From NCBI RefSeq assembly GCF_009914755.1, contig NC_060938.1: 64,000 bases of DNA; one strand, 5' to 3'. This DNA is from the human T2T-CHM13v2.0 reference genome, Homo sapiens. Shown here in pieces: positions 54,493-64,000 of the stretch. The first letter of the stretch is position 1, and every line of letters starts with the position of its first letter. Below the pieces are notes generated by a model, which saw only the letters and a program-made list of their open reading frames with translations, was not told where the DNA came from and made no database searches. Both the position numbers and the translations under genes were made by a program.

Positions 54493-57114
54493 TAAGTTTA
54501 TGGGGGAGAGCGGAAAGAACAGGTGCCATGGGATCATAGGATGAGAGGGCAGTACAGGATGAATGGTCCTTTCCCCCATTGTCATCACCTTTGAGATCAG
54601 GGAAGAAGCAGAGATGTAGAGAGGAGGTCTAGAGGTTGTATGGAGGAGCAACTGATCAAAAAGCTGTGCTCTAGATAAAGGAATAAGCACAGAGCTCTTA
54701 GTACTGCTGTAAAACTAGAAGTTACTGTGGGAGTGGAGGTGACATCCTTTAAGTTACATTTACAAGTTCTATTATTAGGATTAAAGTACTCTATATTCTC
54801 CCTTAAAACTGACCACCAACAATGAAAATGTTGCATGTATATAATTTATGCATATGTTGCATATATAATGTATGCATAAAAGTTACATATATCCAAATAC
54901 CTTTTTCATACATATGTTTCATTTCATATATATGAAAAACAATGGGAAGAATATCACTAAAATTTTATCTGTAGGTAAGAATTTCCATGTGTGCTTAAAA
55001 CTGGGAGTCACTGTATCCAATATAAAGTTCAAGGTGTTTTGTTTGCTTGCTTGCCTTTTTATCTACTTTTGCAGAAGATATTGAAATTGCAATCATCTTG
55101 TTTTTGGGGGAATGGAGTCATTCCATATTGGCTCTTGAGTATGTCTGCCACCACTCTGATTCTAGCTGGAGGCTGCCAGAAATGACTGTGCCATTGAATG
55201 GAGTTATTAGGCAACATAAAACGGACAAGCCAGACCAAGGTAGAATGGAAAAGGACTGCCGTCTCAGGCCATTTCATTATGTCTGAAAGAAAAACTGATG
55301 AAGAAACACAGGCCACAGTAACCATAGCTCCTGCTCTAATCCTTTCTCCCTGAATCTTCTTGAAGGATCCTTGTGCTAAGGTTCCCAAGGTGCGGGAGGG
55401 ATTAGAATGAATGCTGTTTTGGCAAGAGGTTTGGTAAATCATCTTGGGTGTTAAGTCCCGTGTAGAATTATCTAATAGTAATGAGGTGTCAGCAGTTTTG
55501 TATCTATTTAAAGCTTTAACTAGACCACATGAGTAATGTGCTTTCAGGTGCTTATCTCTAATTAATTAATTCATTTGTAAGTGAAATACCTAATTAAAGC
55601 AGTCTAAGGGAGCTCCTTTGCGGCCTGGATCTGGTAGATCCGGTAACAAAGAGAGGTCTTTGCTGATGCAACTTGTTGAACTGATCCTCATGGGCTATTA
55701 GCTTCATCAGATTTCATTTGAAGAGTTCTTTATGTTTTTTTGTGTTTTCAAATGTAATACAGACCAAATACTGGTCTTTGATGCTGACGAGAGTCACTCA
55801 CTTACGCATAACTTTGGAAGAAACCTGAAGATGGTACGATTGGGGTCTCAATTGGGGGGAAATGGACAAAGATGATACATGCCCTGCCATCATGCCTTTC
55901 TGTCATGTACACTGTCATCAGGCAAGGCCAAAAAGCCTGTCACTCCATGACTGCTTGCTTGAGTTTAAAAGTTCAGGGTCATTTCTTTCTACTTAGGCAT
56001 TTGCTTTGCCTTTACTTTATCAGAAAACTATGTAACCCAAAGTATTTACCATTTCACTTCAGCTACTAAGAGATGTTGGCCACGTTTAGAGCTTAAGTGT
56101 ATGAATCAATTCAGTTGTCTCTTCCCTGTACTCCCACTAACCTTCTTTGTTCTTTTCTTAGAATAAGGGCATCATCCTTAAAGGTAAAAAGCCAAGGCCT
56201 TCTGTGAAGGGCAGTTTACTGGTTCATAGATAAGGATGGCAGCTTTGGATTGAGAAACTTCTATTTTGTCATATTACACCTCTGCTACATTATGAGGGAG
56301 AGGATGCATTTCAGTGTAATAATTATGACTAACTTATAATGTGTTTTGCTTCTTGTAAACTGTTACTGCCCTAAATAGGATGAATGGAACAAAGAGCATA
56401 AATGAATTCACAAAAGACACCTAAGCTGCTCTGAGGATATGGGAGGGACTTAAAGAGGCAGCAAGGAAACAAATCGAATTTGGGGTAAATGGAAAATTAG
56501 GGAGGGGAAATGGGTAAATATGATACGTTAGAAGCCATCCGTTCTCTTTTATAAAGTGACTTTTTATTTAAAAGAAGAAACAAAAGTCTTCCTCTGAATT
56601 TCAGCCCAGCCCTTAAACGATTTCCCCACAACAGAAAATTGATATTTTTCTAAAATATTTTGTGACTAAATGCTATTTGGAAAAAAAAGTGGTATTTCTT
56701 TAAATTAGTGCTTTGAAAGGAACACATACTTAGCCTGAATCACTTTTGCCTACATATGTGAATTATGGGTCTGTGTTTAGAACTTAGGAAACAGCTGCTG
56801 TACTCTGTTCCCAGACAAAGACACACTGCAGAATGCTACATCCAGGTTTGTGGGTTCTCCTGAGACTGTGGTGGTAGGTTTCAGGTAACAATATTTGCTG
56901 TGAGTTAAACCTGTAATAACTGTCATTTTCAGGACGGGAGGCATTACAGTTATACAGTAAAACTATAAAAGAATAAAAAAGTCAACCTCAAAGATAAACT
57001 CCTTGAGAACAGGAGCCTATTCCTGTTTGTTTCTTTATCCCTTACTGTACAACATACTACATAGAGTAGGCACCAAAAGAATAAAGAATTATTGATTGAG
57101 TAAATGAAATCATG

Positions 57115-58420
57115 CATCATTCTACCTATGTAATCATTTTATTTCTGTGTAAAATTTCCTTGTGTTGAGTGGTAGCTGATAGTGTCTAACCAGAGGCTAA
57201 TTTTAGACAGAGAGCCATATTTTACATCTATTATTATTTCAGCTAGACGAAAACACAGAAATTGAGTGGGTGCTGGAACACATCCATTATTTGCCCCGTA
57301 GAGATAAATGGAGTAGTTGAGAATAGTGCACCGTTGGCAGAATATGGTGGGAAAACGTGCACATTGGCTTCCCACGAGGACCTATTTTGTACTAAGTTAT
57401 TTCATATTTCGGTCTCTAGGATGCCAGTGTTATAACATCTCAAAGTGCTAAAAATTTTCCACGAAAATAATCCTGAAAAAAAAAAAGAAATGGAAATTAA
57501 TCCAATTAAACTTCTCTCCTGGGACAGCGGATTTGCAGCTGGCGCAGCTTCAACAGTGGCCATTGAGGGGGAGGAAGCCAGAAGTAGAAGAAGAGCCAGG
57601 TGCTGGGAGGCCTACCTGCCTGCGGTGTGGTGGAGCAGTGCCAGGCTGCTGTGGACCATACCCAGGTTGGTGTAGGTATCCAGGGGTGCAGTGTGATGGA
57701 CAGGGTATGTCAGGTAGTGGATAGTGTGAGGGTTCCAGGGCCATTTGCCAGCTTTGAAGCAGCCTCCCATCTAATAGCATTTATTAAAATTCAGAGAAGA
57801 AGGTCTGGCCACTGGAGATTGAGGCCTGGCAGAAGAGCCAGCCAAAACAGTGGGATGAAGGTAGCATTATCTGGGTGATCAGGTGTTTCCTAGGTCCCTG
57901 GCTATGAGACTTAAGGAAGCAAAATCTATTTCAGACCTCACCCATTGATGGAGATCTGATTTTATCTACACTGCCAGGCATGTTCAGGGCTGGCTTGGGC
58001 ACTGGTGGGCAGAGCCTGGTGAAAGCATGACTGTGGCTAGAGGGGAGGATGTAGGAGTTAGGAAAAACGCGATTTAATGGACTTTCCCTAAACTTTTGGT
58101 AGCCCTTAGGCATGTAAGTACATCCTAAGCTACTCTTTCAAAATGATATCTCATTTCTGAAATTTCTTCCATCATAGTGAAAAGTCCCCAAATGTTCTGG
58201 AGTCAAAATATCCACCAGTCAGCACACTTCCCAGTGAATCCCAGCCGCTGCCACGAAGAGGGATAGGGAAGAAACAATTTTTCCATAGCTGTACTTACTG
58301 AGCCCCAAGTGTAAAGCACAAGAAAATCGCATCCCATTTGTCAGACAGCAACGACATGGCTGGTTGCCTTCATACTGCAATCGCCTCTGTAATCTTCCTG
58401 TGAGACGTAGCATCCTCCAG
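57115..58420 (-). ncRNA. Predicted spliced antisense transcript (exons ~58420-58299, 58036-57942, 57472-~57115)
   Basis: Minus-strand donors TCA|GTAAGT and TGG|GTGAGG; acceptors CCTAAC-TCCTACATCCTCCCCTCTAG| and TTTCTTTTTTTTTTTCAG|; AATAAA at 57143-57138. Confidence 0.5.
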
Positions 58421-58713
58421 GGAGTGAGTTGGAACCTTAGCCTAGTGCAGAGTTTATTAAAACCATGTCTTTTTTTAAATCACTTAACTTCCAGCAAATA
58501 GCATAAATCTTGCACACACTGAATTACCTCTGATTAAAGGTATTTAGGATTAATCAAGGGAGATGTGTTGTTCCCTGAAAGTAAAAATCAGACTTTTTTT
58601 TAATCATTCCTTTGAGATATTAGGTCATGATTATTTTAATCACAAAGGAAAATCTGAACTTTGGATCATTTTCTTATTAAGCATCAGAAACACTGTATTA
58701 AAAACTGATAAAT

Positions 58714-59064
<351 letters not shown>

Positions 59065-59787
59065 CTACAGGATAATAAACCAGAAGCAACAGGGGCAAAA
59101 CAGTGGGCTGAAAGCCATCCCAAAAGCATTTTTATTAGACAGTGTCAAAGACACCTGCGGAGGTGGTGACCTGACCTAACAAGCTTTGACCATGTTACCA
59201 CGCTGTCTTCATGCCCGTGGTAAAGAGCTGCACTGTCTCCACTCTGCAAAGAGCTGCTTCTGGCCAATTTTGCTTCCTGGTTGTCCTCATGTAGACATGA
59301 GTCCCAGCTGAGAGCATTTTTCCAAAAAATAAAGTCAACTTTTACCTCCTTCATTTGAAAAAAAAAAAGCAGATTTTGCAGTTGTGTCTTGATAAAATAC
59401 GGCAAAGGGTTGAATCCACATTTTCAAATTATCCCAACTTACACAAAGATATTTTCTAAAAATAAAAGAACAGTTGTACATCTATGGTGTGACCTCCATG
59501 AGAGAATACTTGCCTTGTGTTTGCAGGCCTTCTTTCCAATAATTAATGCTGTGAAAATAAGTAAAAAAATAAACTAACTTATATAACACAAAAATAAGAC
59601 AATTTATACTTGGAGATCAGCTACAGAATAGAAACTAAAGCAGATTTATTACTTAGGCACAAAATAAACTACGAACTTGCATCTGTTTTCTTACTGCCTT
59701 CATTGTAAAAGGGTTGAAATAAACAAGGTGTTACTGTTTTTGGAGAAATTCTTGTGTATCATCATCAAGGAAATAGAATTTAGAAAA

Positions 59788-60089
59788 TTTTGTTTTGTTT
59801 TGTTTTGAGACTGAGTTTTGCTCTTGTCGCCCACGCTAGAGTACAGTGGTACGATCTCAGCTCACCGCAACCTCCCCCTACCAGGTTCAAGCAATTCTCC
59901 TGCCTCAGCCTTCCTGAGTAGCTGGGATTACAGGCATGTGCCACCACGCCAGGCTAATTTTGTATTTTTAGTAGAGATGGGGTTTCTCCATGTTGGTCAG
60001 GCTGGTCTCGAACTCCTGACATCAGATGATCTGCCCGCCTCAGCCTCCCAAAGTGCTGGCATTACAGGCATGAGCCACCGCGTCCGGCC
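59788..60089 (-). mobile_element. Alu (AluS-like)
   Basis: (TTTTG)n tail; TAGAAAA TSD. Confidence 0.96.
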
Positions 60090-60105
60090 TAGAAAACTTT
60101 TAATG

Positions 60106-60145
60106 ATTTTACTCTAAATTTTATAATTTTACTCTAAATTTTATA
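60106..60145. repeat. Perfect 20-bp tandem duplication
   Basis: ATTTTACTCTAAATTTTATA x2. Confidence 0.95.
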
Positions 60146-60937
60146 ACTTAGAGAAAGTCTTCATTAATTTAAACTCTATTAATTCACACTTTGCTTTATT
60201 TCAGAAGTAACTGGAGTGGTGTTTAATATTACTCAAAAAATCTTTTCTTTGTGGATAATAATGGAAGTGTTTAATGCAATAATGTGAAAACAAGATTGTA
60301 AGAATAGTGCTTAAAATGTTAAAAGAATAATTTGTTTTTGAACATCTTTAAAGTCTTTAAACATAGCTCTTTACATATAAATTTTGCACATGCCAAACAA
60401 AAATTGTTTTATCTAGCCTTTCAAGCAGGTCCCCAGAAGAAGTGTTTTGTAGCAAATCCAGCTCACATACTATGAGTTACCCTCAGAATTTAAAAGTAAT
60501 ACATGTATCCCCAATTTTGATGTTTTAGACTGGTCTTTTTCCTTAGTTTGATGATTACGGTTTGACAACATAACCAGTCCCAGCTAGTGGGTTCCTGGAC
60601 CCTGAATGAAAGGTAGATTTGTAAGGCAGCTGAGCTTTGGCTGATTGAGACTTGTTTGTTTGAACATGTTCCGCCCTAGTAATGGATATGGTCCAGTAAC
60701 TGAATAAAGATAATGAGCACTGAACAACAGATGTTTATCAGGCAAAACGGAGATCATCTTTTAACACTCTGTTGCTGAGGCTTTGGTATAAGTTTATTTA
60801 ACAAATTTTAACCAAACACCTGTTTATGTACCAGATTCTAGGTATTTATAGGCAAATAAAAATAGATATGGCCCCTGTCATGGAGTGTACTGTCTAGCTG
60901 GGGAGCAGAACTAAACACATACACAATTAGATATAAA

Positions 60938-61500
60938 CCGTTGTCCCTCTGTATCTGTTGGGGATTGATTCTAGGAACCCCCTTGGAGACCAAAATCCAT
61001 GGATACTCAAGTCCCTGTATAAAATGATATTGTAGAGCTGGCCCTTTGTATCTGAGGGTTCTGCATCTGAGAATTCAACCAATGTTGGATCAAAAATATG
61101 GTATTTGTGGGATGTAGAACCTGCAGATACTGAGGACCATATCTGGAACTAACGCAGGACTGACTGCAAGACTTGAGCATCCTCAGATTTTGGTATCCAC
61201 AGGGGTCCTGAAACCAATCCCCTGAAGATATCAAGGGACAACGGTATTTGCATGTAACTTATACAAACCCTCCCCTATACTTTAAATCATCTCTAGATTA
61301 TTTATAATACCTAATACAATATAATAATTATAATAATTATAATACCTAATACAATATAAGTAAATAGTTATTATACTATATTTTTAGAAAATAATTACAA
61401 GAAAAAAGTCTGTACATATTCAGTACAGACGTAACCATCCATTTTTTCCAAATATTTTCAATCTATGGTTGGTTGACTTTACGGATACAGAAGGCAGAAT
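60938..61500 (+). mobile_element. MER2 (Tigger-family MITE) with a nested MER2B-like element at 61035-61244
   Basis: MER2 text TACTTTAAATCATCTCTAGATTA...AATACCTAATACAAT is interrupted at a TA by a related element in the opposite orientation. Confidence 0.8.
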
Positions 61501-62067
61501 ATAATTACAAATTATGATACAGAAGTACTCTGAACAATAGGAACAGAATGCCATGAAACTATGAGATACAATTGGAAAGACTGACTTTGGAGAGAATTTA
61601 TAAATGGAAAGGTCTAGGTGAGCATCGGAGATTTTGAGCTCTTAGAATAATGTTCCTTGAATGGTTCTTATTCCCTCTTTCCATTTCATTCTATGTGGGC
61701 AGTGGAAGATGCCTTCACCATGAATTTTACCTGTGTTACTGCCAGTACAGATGTTGATCTTTCTCAACCAAGACATCATGAATTTCCATAGCCCCAATAA
61801 ATTGCAACTGTTGGGGCCATGGAAACATGGGAGCTGGGCTGCTTAGGAGAACCTGAGTTCTTTGGGTGGGGTGAAGGGTGTGGTGTTTACACATTTCATT
61901 AGGATTAGAGTGATTTTGGTTCTGCTGCAAACATTGCCAAGAACTCATCATATTCCTCTGGATAAGTCACTTAATTTCATTGAATCTCATTCTTTCTCCT
62001 ATAAAATTAGAGAATTAAGATGAGGTCATCTCTGAGGTCCTTTCATATTCAGTGTCCTAAAAGGCTG

Positions 62068-62315
62068 TATTGTATAGTGAAAAAAGGTACAGACTTGGGA
62101 ACCAGATTGTGAGGGTTGAAATCCCAGCTCTGTCACCTACCAGCTATGTGACTAAGTACATTTCTTAACTTCTCTGTGCCTCCCGTTCCAAAACTGTAAG
62201 ATGGGAGATAAGATAGTATGCACCGCATAGTGTTGTGAGAATTCAGTGAATTAATCTAGTAAAGTACTTAGGGCCTGCATTATGGTATGTAAGAAGTGTT
62301 AACTGCTATTACTAT
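62068..62315 (+). mobile_element. MIR SINE
   Basis: GTTGAAATCCCAGCTCTGTCACCTACCAGCTATGTGAC...CTTCTCTGTGCCTC. Confidence 0.85.
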
Positions 62316-64000
62316 TCCCTGAAAGAAGGTCACCTCTTCTAAAGCCTGGACTCCAGAAGAGGCAGAATACTCGAGACCCTGGAGTGAACATATAAACAAA
62401 ATAGTGTTTGGGAACCAATAATTGACATTTCCACAATTCTTACCAAACCTGCTTTGTGTTAGGCATGTTTTAAAGCACAACTTTTTATTGTTGGAAGAAG
62501 GCCCAAACCATAGAATGCTTTATTTCATGCCCACAGGGACTCTCTTCTTCCTTGGGACACAGGCAGGTAATTAAGCCCCTGAGGATGGGGTGCACACAGG
62601 ATATTGAACTAGTGCTTACTTCATAATGCTTTCACACCTGCGGCCAGGACAACAAAGCAGGAGAAATCAATGCCATTACTTCAGAGGCTGAGAGGTGGAT
62701 GCTCTTATGCCAATGGGTTTTTGCTCTACTTAAGCAACATGAGACCTCATAAATTAAACTTGAAAAGGATTTTTCAAATTATGAAAAAATTCATTAAAAA
62801 TGTATAAGCATTAACTTCAGCTGACTTAGTGTATCACAGAGATTCTGTTTTAATTAAACCCATACAGATTTGCAATAAACAGCATCATTTTCTCTTCATT
62901 TCTTAATACACCCAAATCTCTGAAACTATCATTTTGTTCCTTTGCACTATTTTCTTTAGCATTTTCTTCATAAATGATACCACCTGGACTCTGTTATATT
63001 ATAAGTGGTTATTAAATGTTTAATAAAGAATGAACTAATAAGACTTTTACATTTCTTCCACTTTCTGTGTGTATATGCGTGTTTGTGTAATCTTCTGACA
63101 GCTAAAACTCTGACAATTCAGACTATTGTGATTTGGGGATGTCTGAAATAATGGAGATTATGCTTTCTTATAAAAGAGAGAGAAACTACTTTTTCTGTGA
63201 GAAACTAGGATGCTATCATGGGAAAGAAATTGCTTGTGGATCTTGTAAAACAGAAAATGTAGCTTTTTAGATAAAAGGAAAAGGAGAAGAAGAAGACAAG
63301 AAATTAAGTTTACTTAGCAAAAATCTAGTTTCCTGAAACTTTTCTGGAGACCAGAGCACTAGAGTCTCTCAGTGTTTTTTGCTATGGATGACTCCCTCTT
63401 TTGGGGATGGTGGTAGTTGGCGAGGGGGAAGACTCCAAGGGGTAGTAGCAGCCAACTCCCCTCTTAGCCCTGACAACCACACCCTGACCCCTACCCCTAC
63501 CAGAGGCTATCCAACACTGTCGCTTTTACCTTAGAAAAGTAGAGTTCAACCTCTCTGACAATTTCCATTGCCCCTCCTTTGTCCCTAGCCTATCTTCCTC
63601 CCTTGAGCCTTCTCCCTGTCTTCGGTTTCTTCTCTCTCTCCAAAGACTTTTCAGAAGGAGCTCAGTTTTTCCTAAAGAGTAAGAAACAAAAAAGCCTTTC
63701 TGTGGGAGTCTGTTTAAGACATAACGGACTCGTGCTTATAAAAGGCCCTTTCATTCTGTTTGCTGGTATGTGTTTCCTGAGCAGCCGGGGGTGGAAAGTC
63801 TCAATAGAGTCCAGTCAAAGATTGCAACTGCAAATTTCCAAGGCTGCAGGGTGGGGGCAGAGGAGAAGGGAAAGCCTTGTGTATAATGCCATGCAGACAC
63901 TTTCAGCAAGACTTACTCAAGGCAGCCCCAGGAGCTCTGTCTTTAAACGTGCCAACATACGTTTTGTTAGCAAGGCAGTTCTTTCTAGCAAATAACTTTC

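Noticed and set aside
63579-63995. 138-aa ORF at the window end
   Set aside because: Non-ATG start, no recognisable domain, and not Gγ2 (MASNNTASIAQARK is absent from the window)

Overview
Human-like (primate) genomic DNA with no complete protein-coding exon. The window holds the promoter and first two non-coding 5'UTR exons of a + strand gene: exon 1 ends at 1727 and exon 2 is 18567-18607 (41 nt). I recognise it from memory of the spliced mRNA as GNG2 (G-protein gamma-2, chr14q22). The rest is intron 1 and the first ~45 kb of intron 2; the coding exons lie beyond the window. The introns are dense in Alu, MIR, L2, L1M, MaLR/ERV LTRs (two THE1 solo LTRs with perfect 5-bp TSDs) and Tigger/hAT DNA transposon relics. 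The most notable unexplained structure is a coherent set of minus-strand splice and polyA signals at ~57.1-58.4 kb, outlining a 3-exon antisense transcript with a spliced 55-aa ORF. Other findings are a candidate recursive-splice/cryptic-exon cluster at 55-56 kb, a 5'UTR (GGGCT)5 G-quadruplex, a nested AT-rich palindrome, and a sense THE1B that has lost its polyA signal. Repeat subfamily names were assigned by eye from remembered consensus motifs, not by a search, and many repeat boundaries are approximate.
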